Positions 24,601-33,803 of a stretch of 64,000 bases of DNA are shown piece after piece (the stretch's first letter is position 1; each line of letters begins with the position of its first letter). The notes under the pieces were generated by a model, which saw nothing but the letters and a program-made list of their open reading frames with translations, was not told the origin of the DNA and did not search any database. The DNA comes from Azolla caroliniana (lineage: Eukaryota > Plantae > Polypodiophyta). The translations under genes and the position numbers were made by a program. The stretch lies in assembly GCA_043228905.1 (NCBI GenBank), contig JBHGNT010000021.1, positions 12,586,001 through 12,650,000 on the forward strand, read 5' to 3'.

Positions 24601-26610
24601 AAGGTACAAAACTAGTACTAATAAGGAACAAAGTACTACTCAGTTCCCAAATTACAAAACTAGTATTAATCATGAGCATTGTACTAGTAACTTAGTTCAC
24701 AAAGTACAGAACTAGTACTATTCATGAACCATGTAGTACTTACTAAGTACTAATCCAACAAATGTAGATTGGTATTTTGCACACAAGTAATACTAAACAT
24801 GATATGTCTTCTACACACCTAGTTACATAACTTGTACTAATTACACCAACAGTATTAATCTTGAACAGTATTAGTACTAAACGTGATATGTGTTTGACAC
24901 ACCTCATTTCCAAATTACAATAATTGTACTATTATTCAACAATTTACTATACACCTTGTTCCCAAATTACATTACTAGTACTAATTCCCAAGTTACACAA
25001 ACAATCTTAACAGTCAACAGTGTACTATAAGTATAGTGTTTACTAAACTAATACTAGGCAAGTTGCAATATAGATTGGACGATGTTGTACCTGGTTCCCT
25101 TTTAGTACTACTAATTGTGGAAAATATCCCTTCAACTACACATACCAATTATATATTAAGAGTACTGCCAATACTAACCCACATAATTAGGGTTCCACAT
25201 AATAGTTGTTAGAGATTACACTAAATTTGAAGTATGAATTGTGGCATACACTAGTTCTAGTCCAAATGTTAATTGACATCATATAATACAAACAATAGAA
25301 TAGTAGAGCCACATACCGTACGGGTGTACTTTTAAACCCCAAGCATAGTACCACTCAGCCGCAATTGTAGTTTTACAGTCCATACATGTATTCTCTTTCT
25401 CAAAATGATACTTAGCACATAGCACATGATATGTGTGCAAGCATGGTGTAATCACAACATCCATAGCCTCCAGCTTGAATCCGAGGCCACAAAATATACA
25501 CCTGGAAGATTGCAAACACAAGTTATAATATATTAGTTGCTCACTTATTTATACCAAAGAAGTAGAAATAAATAACTTTTAAAGCCAATACCGTGATATA
25601 GCTATACTAATAATGGTACTTTCTATACCACTTGGGTGCTCAATTACAGATGGACACAAAGTATCAAAACCATTTTGTTTTAAATCCTGCATCAAGCATG
25701 CAAGGTTCTCAGAATGCAACTTTAAGGCTGACAACTTATTATCTATTTCTTCATGTGCATTCCTGCAAGTATCAAGGTCTCTCATCTGTGAACCTAATTG
25801 AGTGCCCATATTGTTTAGCTCTTTCTTCAACTCCTCTTTCAAGACCTCACTTTCTGAATTTTGGATTGTCGATGCAATCCATTCATATGTAGTTTTTATT
25901 GAAGAAAATTTCTTTTCTGCCTGTATCTCAGCTGATTTAACTGCTTCCAAATCAGCAAGTAGTGTTTGTATTCTTGAGCTCATAGAAGCTATGCAACCGG
26001 CCATCATCTGTTCATGCTTTTCAGTCATTGTGGCCCGTACCTTTGCCTCTAGAACTTGGTGGATAGGTGTTATAGCTAGAATATCCACATGAGAGGTTCC
26101 AGATGACTTCAAGCCAGTGTTGGTACTGGAGGACCCTTTGTAATGTTCTGACCGGTGCCGATTAAAATCTTCCCAATTTACGTCAATGCCACCTTGAACT
26201 TCACATGCAAAAGCACGTGCAAAAACAGTACCCACCTCATTGTTAGTGATTTGATTTGTATCATAAACATGTTCGTATCTCGTCTTCAATAAATTCATGT
26301 ATTCCCTCTTCAAACCACTTATGTGGAATCCTCGCCTTGTGTCGGGATGTGCTGACCCCCAGGTTTTTAACAACCACTCTCTCAGCTCTGGATACACGTC
26401 AGGTCGTGCTCGAAGGAAATAATTCCATCCAAGAGGTGTGTCTCGTCTGATGGAGTGGTACATCTTCTTTCTCTGTGTTGATGAATTCATCACCCTTTCT
26501 CTTGTGGGTGTCTTCTTGCTTTCTTTCATGGGTGTCCTTCTTCCTTCCTTCACTGGTGTCTTCACTTTCTCTTTCATCAATGTCTTCTTTATGGGTGTCC
26601 TTCTCGTCAT
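21640..26610 (-). CDS. Transposon cargo gene: coiled-coil + RING-H2 finger + acidic repeat tail, 5 exons (26610-25592, 25501-25317, 23420-23094, 23014-22760, 22667-21640), about 937 aa
   Basis: Four GT-AG introns each join neighbouring ORFs in phase; total 2814 nt with no internal stop. Exon 2 encodes CIFC-x14-CLHTYHVLC-x10-CMDC. Confidence 0.78.
23500..24760 (-). repeat. 104-bp (2 x 52-bp) tandem repeat inside cargo-gene intron 2
   Basis: TCCCGAACA-type anchor at 23811, 23915, 24019, 24123, 24227, 24331 and 24435; decayed copies on both sides; rich in AGTACT. Confidence 0.9.
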
Positions 26611-27159
26611 TGTCCTAGTCAACACAATTCTCAGGGAATGAATATGCATGTACTAGAAGAAAACTCAAGCAATTACCATCAACACATAGCAAATCATCTC
26701 ATTGCATGTACAAACCATGTCAAACAAACAATAACCCTAAATAGTCGGAAAAAAACTCCATTGTAAATCATCATAGCCAACTCCATCATTGTAAATCATT
26801 GTAAATCATCGCATCGCATGTACAAGCCAACTCCATCACATCGTAAAACACACAAGCCAACTCCATCACAAGCCAACGAAAACATTGTAAATCATCATAG
26901 CCAACTCCATCACATCGCACGTACAAGCCATGTCAAACACACAAAAACCCAAAATAGTCGGAAAAACACTCATCCATGTCAAACTCACACAAAATAAAAC
27001 AGATGGACAAGAAACAAGAACAAAACGAAAACATAGCAACTCATCATAGCCAACTCCATTTACGTTGCATGTACAAACATGTCTAACACACAACCACCTC
27101 GATCAAAATATTTTCATACATTTTTAAAAGGAACACAGAGAAACACAGAGAAAACAAAA

Positions 27160-27450
27160 ACACAGAGAATACCTGGAGGTTGTACAACTTGCAGAGGTAC
27201 CAGACCGTGTTGATTTCGACAAACGAGGCTGCTGCAGAGGAGACAAACGAGCATAGACAGAGGAAACAAACGAGCATACAGACAGACAAGAAACATTCAG
27301 AAAAAGAAAACATTGAGTATTGGGCATGCAACACAGAGAATACCTGGAGGTTGTACAACTTGCAGAGGTACTAGACCGTGTTGATTTCGACAAACGAGGC
27401 TGCTGCAGAGGAGAGAAACGAGCATAGACAGAGGAAACAAACGAGCATAC
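27160..27450. repeat. 171-bp tandem duplication upstream of the cargo gene
   Basis: ACCTGGAGGTTGTACAACTTGCAGAGG at 27171 and 27342. Confidence 0.8.
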
Positions 27451-27741
27451 ACAAGGAAGGAAAATCAACAACACATACAACGAGCAGGGGAAACAAAAAT
27501 CTCTGCGTTCAGAGATCGAACCTGGCACAGAGGGGAACACAAGAACAGCTACGCGGGGAAACAGAGCATCGAAGGTGGAGTGAGAGAGAGAAACAGAAAG
27601 AAAGAAAGAAACAGAGCTTTGAAAGAAAAAAACAGAAAGAATCGAAGGTGGAGTGAAAGAAAGAAACAGAGAGATAGACCTGTAATATATATGTCGTCTT
27701 TCTTTAACTTTCTGCCACTGTCTGTCTGACAACTTCGAGAC

Positions 27742-27744
<3 letters not shown>

Positions 27745-27803
<59 letters not shown>

Positions 27804-27852
27804 CCAATTGACACGTTCGACTACCCATACCAGAGAGAGAGAGAGAGAGAGA
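27745..27852. repeat. (GA)n microsatellites
   Basis: Pure GA runs at ~27745-27799 and ~27832-27852. Confidence 0.95.
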
Positions 27853-28098
27853 TACTGAGACTGACCAACTGTCACAATGGATACCTTCTCCAGGTGTGCT
27901 TTCGTACAACTCTACCTAGGAGACTGGGGCAACAATTAATGTATTAAATATGGCCTAGGGACATTTCGAGTGTGACGTACAATATCTTTGTGCATTTGAG
28001 TGTGACGTAATGAATTTGTTTTTTGTTTTTTGAAACTTATTTACAATTTTTAATGTTTATTTTCTTCTTCGATTTAGTACTAAATTTTTGGCCAAAAG

Positions 28099-28125
28099 TT
28101 GGTACACTGTAGCATGCTTCGACCC
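28099..28125 (-). repeat. Right terminal inverted repeat
   Basis: Ends ...GCATGCTTCGACCC, followed by TAAT. Confidence 0.85.
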
Positions 28126-28150
28126 TAATACTAAATTGGTACACGACGTG

Positions 28151-28428
28151 TGTTGGAAGCAATGTCGTCAGTGCGGAAGATCTTGAAGCACTCGATTCCT
28201 GTTTATTCCCTGTGTATGACAGAATGTAGGTCGTTGCACAGAGAGAGAGAGAGAGACACAAAAAGACTCTTTATTTCACAAAGCAATCATACAACAACCA
28301 ACCTCACAAAGAGGTTACAAGGTCACTATATATAGTGACCGACTTAGGGCAACTACCCTTTATGCTAATTACATAAATGGCCGAAACGGGATGGTGTGAA
28401 TACGTCCATTATACACATGTATTCGACA
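28151..28428 (-). repeat. 3' LTR of Copia-2
   Basis: Direct repeat of 33302-33579. Confidence 0.95.
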
Positions 28429-28621
28429 CTCCCCCGTAATGGGCGTATACATGGGTTATCTAAGATTACAGGTATAGACTTAGGTTCTCGGACATATCAG
28501 CTTTGTTCGAGTCGGCAGGATCCGAAGACAGAAGACCGAACTGGTCGGGTCGGAACAGTTGAAGCCGATCATTAAGGAGCTGATGTCGGTTTTCGGGAAC
28601 CATCCTGCTTTGTGTCCGGCT

Positions 28622-31600
28622 CTAACCGGACTGGTTTGTCGTTACGCCCATCTGATGCCGAAGAGACCGAAAACGGTCTGCCGAGAGACATTTGGTCATT
28701 CCATCTGCGACATTATCGGTTGTGGATATTTTCTCTAGACCGATTTTCCCTGAAATGACGCAGTCCCGAACGAAGTGATATCGAACGTCGATATGTTTGG
28801 AGGCGTTGTGGTGAACCGGATTTTTCGACAAGGCAACAGCACCTTGACTGTCGCTGTAGACAACTGGAGCCGAGTCATGTTCGACTTGTCGAAACGTGTG
28901 CGCCAGCCGACCGAGCCACAAAGCTTCTTTTGCTGCGTCGGACGCAGCTACATATTCTGCTTCGGTCGTTGAGGTCGCTGTGCACTCCTGAAGTTTCGAC
29001 TTCCACGAGATTGCTCCATTCCCGAATTTGAAGCAGTATCCGGTTGTTGATTTCCGACTGTCTATACAGCCGGCGAAGTCCGAGTCGGTGTAACCGACTA
29101 CGCCTGAGGTTCGGTTCGGTCCGAAAAGAATGCCATGGTCTTTTGTGCCAGCCAGATATCTGAACACATGCTTGACTGCGTTCCAATGCGATCGGCCAGG
29201 ATTGTGCATAAATCTGCTAACGACTCCTACGGCATGAGAGATGTCAGGCCGTGTCGCGACCATCAGGTACATAAGGGAGCCGACTGCCGGTGCATACGGT
29301 ACCGACTTCATATCTTCCCCCTCCGAACCGGATGTCGGGCAGTCTCGCTGAGAGAGCCGAAGATTCATAGGGAGTGGGGTTGAAGCAGATTTGGCTGATT
29401 GCATGTTGAAGCGTTCCAAGACACGTCCGATATAGTCGGTCTGAGACAAAAAAAGATGTCGTTTATTGCGATGCCGACTAATCTTCATGCCAAGGATGTG
29501 TCGTGCCGGACCGAGGTCCTTCATGGCAAACTTCAACCGCAGTTGCCGAACAAGATCGGCAAGTTCGCCCGCGTGGCGTCCAGAAATTAGCATGTCGTCC
29601 ACGTAAATGATGAGGAAGATGGGTGATCCATCTCGAGCTGTGTTGGTGAAGAGACAATGGTCCTCATCGCTTTTGGAGAAGCCGATTGATTGGATGAAGT
29701 CGTCGAACTTCTTGTACCATTGTCGCGGTGCCTGTTTGAGGCCGTATAGACTCTTCCTGAGTCGGCAGACTAGATGTTCTTGGCCAGTTGCCACGAAGCC
29801 TTTTGGCTGCTCCATATAAATTTCCTCCTCGAGATCACCATGGAGGAAGGCTGTTTTGACATCTAGCTGAATCAGCTCCAAGTTGTCGGCTGCCACGACG
29901 CCGAGCAGAAGACGAAGGGTTGTCATTTTCACCACTGGTGAAAAAATCTCGTCGAAGTCGACGCCATATTCTTGTCGGAAGCCCTTCGCAACTAATCTGG
30001 CCTTGTACTTTGGGGTGGTCGAATCAGACGTCTCTTTTAGTCGATAAACCCACTTGCAAGGAAGAGCACGTCGGTTCCTAGGTAATTCGACCAGATCCCA
30101 AGTCTTGTTTGCCCGGATGGAGTGCATTTCCGACTCCATCGCCAGATGCCAGGTGGCCGAATCGACAGATGTCGATGCTTCTTCGTAAGACGTCGGTTCG
30201 CCGGCGTCGGTGAAGAAAATTCCAGGAGAATACCTCTCCGGAGGTTGCGACAGTCTCTCGGATCGTCGAGGTATGATTGGACTGGTCGCATCGGGTATCG
30301 AGGTCGGATGGTCCGAAACCGAATCATTCGGCTGTGCCGAGTCAGAGTTGTCCGAGTCGGTAGTATAAGGTTCAGCTACCCGTGAAGCTGACCGTGTGTT
30401 GAGAGCGGGGCCTTCTTGAAGGGTCGGCACATCGGAGAATGTTACCCTTCGGACTTCGATCGGTTTTTCGACTGATGGATTCATAGCCGACTCGTTGAAC
30501 ACAACGTCCGAACTTCGAACGATTTGTCTGCATTCGGGGTCCCAGAGTCGGTATCCCATTTCGCCGTCTGATCCATATCCAAGGAAAATGCATTTCCTGG
30601 ACCGAGGTGCAAGTTTTCGGCGATCATCTTTCGGAATGAGGGCGTACGCCTCGCATCCGAAGATCCTCAGCTTGTCGTAATTCGGCTTACTGCCGATCCA
30701 TAGTTCCTGAGGAATTTGAAGTCCTAGAGGTCGACTTGGCGACATATTGATTATGTGTACTGCCGTGAGTAGAGCCTCTGCCCAGAAGCCATCCGACAGT
30801 CCGGAGTGTTGGAGCATGGAAACTATCCTTTCTTGGATTGTCCGATTCATTCGTTCGGCAATCCCGTTTTGCTCCGGACTGTGTGGTGCCGTAAATTCAT
30901 GTCGGATGCCGCGTTGTCGGCAGAATTTGACGAATTCATCGGATTTGAACTCTCCCCCATTGTCTGTCCGAAGGCATTTCAGCTTTCGGTCGGTTTGATT
31001 TTCTACCATAGCGAGCCAATCGGTGAAGATCGAGAAGACACGATCTTTGGTGCGAATTGGATAAGCCCACACCTTTCGAGTCGAATCGTCAATAAAACTG
31101 ACGAAGTAAGAGGCACCGCCTAGAGACTGATGCGGCATTGGGCCACAGACGTCCGAATGGACTAAATCGAGAGGTCTCGTTTCTCTTGGTGCTGATGTCG
31201 GGTGTGATGCGGCTACTTGTTTGCCATACTGGCAATGCTCGCAGAATTGATGGTCCGAGAAGGAGAGTTTGGGGATGTATCCGGCGCTAGATAGGTGCGT
31301 GATGCCGGCCTTGCTGAGGTGTCCTAATCTTCGGTGCCATAATGATGACACAGGAATATCCACCAAAAACAGGTTACCCTCTCTGAGCGTAACATGTAAC
31401 GGATACAGTGAGTGTATCTTGGGTCCTCTAGCAAGCAGGAGGTTCCCCCTGTGGAGTGTCCACCCTCCCGAAGAAAAACCGGCACGAATGCCGTCTTCAT
31501 CTAGTTGTCCGACAGAGATCAATGGCCTTGAGAGCTCGGGTACATGTCGGACATTGTGGAGTACAAGTGTAGAGCCACCTGCAAGGTTGAGCTCTACTGT

Positions 31601-32638
31601 GCCGATTCCGATGATGTCACAGTGTTGCGAGTTGCCGACCCGAACTGAGTCGGAGTGACGGATCGTATATTGCCGAAATTGGGATCGATGAGGAGTCACG
31701 TGAAATGACGCGCCCGAATCTAAGAGCCATGTGCTCGATTCTTCAGTCGTGAGCAGAACTTCTGATCCAACTGGATTTTCTATTGATAGTATATTCGGGT
31801 CGTCCGGTAGTACATCAGCTGAGAAGCTGACGTAATTGATCTCCTCATGCCGGCCACTCTTCTTGTTGTTCTTGTTCTTGAGTGCGCGGCAGTCGGCTTT
31901 GATGTGTCCGGGTTTCTTGCAATAGTTGCAGATTCGGTTATCCCGTGACTGGCTCCGTCTTCGCTGATTGTTCGGCGGCCGTGAGGAATCTCGTCCTCGT
32001 ATGTTCGATCGGTCTGTCGAACCTTGTACTACGTAGGCGTCGTCTGTTGAGTCTTTGGCGAAAGACTTTCTCCGAGCTGCTTCGGTCAGGATTGCGCTCG
32101 TGACTTCGGAGTATTTAACAGCCGTGGTTGACGCGTTGCACACGGTTGTGACGAAAGTTTCCCATGATGGGGGAAGGCTGCTCATGAGTATCATTGCTCT
32201 GAGTTCATCCTCGATTGCCGTCCCCTGTGACGAGATTTGGGAGCTTATGCTTTCGTACTCATTGAGGTGTGCTTGGACCGAGTCGGATTCTTTCATCCGC
32301 AAGTTGTAGAGGCGCCGGATCAGAAACATCTTCGTTGCGGCGACCTTCTTTTCGTAAGTGTCCGACAGTGTTTTCCACAGTTCGAATGCTGTCGTACACG
32401 ATTGCACCGTAAAGTATACCGATTCCGATAGGTGCATCCGGATCGTGGCGCGGACAATTCTGTCCAGCTTCTGCCACTCAATTGGTTTGTATCCTTCTGG
32501 AGGTTCTTCATTTTCGATGGGGTCGATTTGCCCCTTGACTATGAGATAGTCCTGCATTTGTTCCTTCCAGAAGTTGAAGTTCGATCCATCGAACTTTCGT
32601 AGACTCATTTCTGACGAGCCAGATGTTGATGCCATCAA
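28622..32638 (-). CDS. gag-pol: Copia Gag-Pol polyprotein, about 1338 aa
   Basis: CNYCKKPGHIKADC, WLLDSGAS, WHRRLGH, VHSDVCGP/TDNGGEF, QLDVKTAFLHG, IYVDDM, YTDSD, SKHID; uninterrupted. Confidence 0.96.
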   Translation of the reverse strand: MMASTSGSSEMSLRKFDGSNFNFWKEQMQDYLIVKGQIDPIENEEPPEGYKPIEWQKLDRIVRATIRMHLSESVYFTVQSCTTAFELWKTLSDTYEKKVAATKMFLIRRLYNLRMKESDSVQAHLNEYESISSQISSQGTAIEDELRAMILMSSLPPSWETFVTTVCNASTTAVKYSEVTSAILTEAARRKSFAKDSTDDAYVVQGSTDRSNIRGRDSSRPPNNQRRRSQSRDNRICNYCKKPGHIKADCRALKNKNNKKSGRHEEINYVSFSADVLPDDPNILSIENPVGSEVLLTTEESSTWLLDSGASFHVTPHRSQFRQYTIRHSDSVRVGNSQHCDIIGIGTVELNLAGGSTLVLHNVRHVPELSRPLISVGQLDEDGIRAGFSSGGWTLHRGNLLLARGPKIHSLYPLHVTLREGNLFLVDIPVSSLWHRRLGHLSKAGITHLSSAGYIPKLSFSDHQFCEHCQYGKQVAASHPTSAPRETRPLDLVHSDVCGPMPHQSLGGASYFVSFIDDSTRKVWAYPIRTKDRVFSIFTDWLAMVENQTDRKLKCLRTDNGGEFKSDEFVKFCRQRGIRHEFTAPHSPEQNGIAERMNRTIQERIVSMLQHSGLSDGFWAEALLTAVHIINMSPSRPLGLQIPQELWIGSKPNYDKLRIFGCEAYALIPKDDRRKLAPRSRKCIFLGYGSDGEMGYRLWDPECRQIVRSSDVVFNESAMNPSVEKPIEVRRVTFSDVPTLQEGPALNTRSASRVAEPYTTDSDNSDSAQPNDSVSDHPTSIPDATSPIIPRRSERLSQPPERYSPGIFFTDAGEPTSYEEASTSVDSATWHLAMESEMHSIRANKTWDLVELPRNRRALPCKWVYRLKETSDSTTPKYKARLVAKGFRQEYGVDFDEIFSPVVKMTTLRLLLGVVAADNLELIQLDVKTAFLHGDLEEEIYMEQPKGFVATGQEHLVCRLRKSLYGLKQAPRQWYKKFDDFIQSIGFSKSDEDHCLFTNTARDGSPIFLIIYVDDMLISGRHAGELADLVRQLRLKFAMKDLGPARHILGMKISRHRNKRHLFLSQTDYIGRVLERFNMQSAKSASTPLPMNLRLSQRDCPTSGSEGEDMKSVPYAPAVGSLMYLMVATRPDISHAVGVVSRFMHNPGRSHWNAVKHVFRYLAGTKDHGILFGPNRTSGVVGYTDSDFAGCIDSRKSTTGYCFKFGNGAISWKSKLQECTATSTTEAEYVAASDAAKEALWLGRLAHTFRQVEHDSAPVVYSDSQGAVALSKNPVHHNASKHIDVRYHFVRDCVISGKIGLEKISTTDNVADGMTKCLSADRFRSLRHQMGVTTNQSG

Positions 32639-33301
32639 ATTCGGTTTCGGTTGACGAAGCTCGGTTCGGAGTTGACTGTGAACCTTGTTGGAGTGCAGCC
32701 GGTTGGCTCACCCGATATCGTTCTAGTCGGATTTGAACCCGAGTCGGTTCAGCTTCGGAACTTGCTCGAATTGACTCCGGTAACTTGAGGGACAGAACCG
32801 ACTGGTCTTCCCGAGTGTTGCCGAGTCGGAGTGAGCCCGGTTCGCTTCGGATATATGTGCCGAGTACCGATTATTGAAACCGATTATCTGGACCGATTTT
32901 GCTTCGGTTGACTGCAGCGACGAGAGAGATAGATCCAACTGATCCTCTCGAATGTCGATCAGCCTGATGAAGCACGAATTTGGGGTTGTTGTCTTGAGAC
33001 CGATCTGCACCGAGTGGTTACAACGAGCAGCGTTTGGTGACCTCTTCGGATGCCGTTTAACCGAATGGAGCACGATCGTGTCAATGATGCACAAGGGGAT
33101 TTCACCTCGAGCGGTTACGATCACAAGGAACAGAGTACAACCTGAGGGCTTACTCCAAGCAAGAGGATCTAACGCGATGAGGTGCAAACCTCGTTTTTGT
33201 TCTTCTTCTCTCTTTCTTCGAATGACGCAGGAAACCGAGTGCAGAGACGACGGCCGACAGCGGATTGAAGGACCGACTACTGTGCAGGCTCTGATACCAG
33301 A

Positions 33302-33579
33302 TGTTGGAAGCAATGTCGTCAGTGCGGAAGATCTTGAAGCACTCGATTCCTGTTTATTCCCTGTGTATGACAGAATGTAGGTCGTTGCATAGAGAGAGAG
33401 AGAGAGACACAAAAAGACTCTTTATTTCACAAAGCAATCATACAACAACCAACCTCACAAAGAGGTTACAAGGTCACTATATATAGTGACCGACTTAGGG
33501 CAACTACCCTTTATGCTAATTACATAAATGGCCGAAACGGGATGGTGTGAATACGTCCATTATACACATGTATTCGACA
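33302..33579 (-). repeat. 5' LTR of Copia-2
   Basis: Direct repeat of 28151-28428, adjacent to the PBS. Confidence 0.95.
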
Positions 33580-33803
33580 ACGTGCACATGCTCGGAAAAG
33601 GCGCCAAGACGCACAGAGAAAAAGCAGAACGCATGGAGACCTTTTCATTTCGCGAGCCAAGAAGCACAGAAGCACCAAGGCGGTTGAAGCTTATCAGACG
33701 TGAACCTGCACTCAGAGAACCCCCACGTTCGGAACTCTCTCTCTCTCGCTCTCACTCTCATCACCACTCTACCTCGCCATCTTTCCTCGACCTCGAAGCA
33801 GAC

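Larger units (their letters stand above)
15222..28125 (+). mobile_element. Complete 12.9-kb cut-and-paste DNA transposon, Sola2-like, with transposase and RING cargo gene
   Basis: TIRs GGGTTGAAGCACGCTACGGGGTACCAA and (reverse complement) GGGTCGAAGCATGCTACAGTGTACCAA, 23/27 identical. 4-bp TSD TAAT at 15218-15221 and 28126-28129. DDD-type transposase inside. Confidence 0.87.
28151..33579 (-). mobile_element. Intact Ty1/Copia element (Copia-2)
   Basis: 278-bp LTRs at 28151-28428 and 33302-33579, one mismatch seen. TSD ACGTG at 28146-28150 and 33580-33584. Met-i PBS at 33288-33299, PPT from 28429. Confidence 0.97.

Noticed and set aside
27124-27909. 261-aa minus-strand ORF
   Set aside because: Produced by GA microsatellites and the tandem duplication (SLSLSL runs).
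15222-28125. CACTA, Harbinger or Mutator assignment for the DNA transposon
   Set aside because: Ends are GGG...CCC rather than CACTA, the TSD is 4 bp rather than 3 or 9, and the transposase motifs fit Sola2 better.
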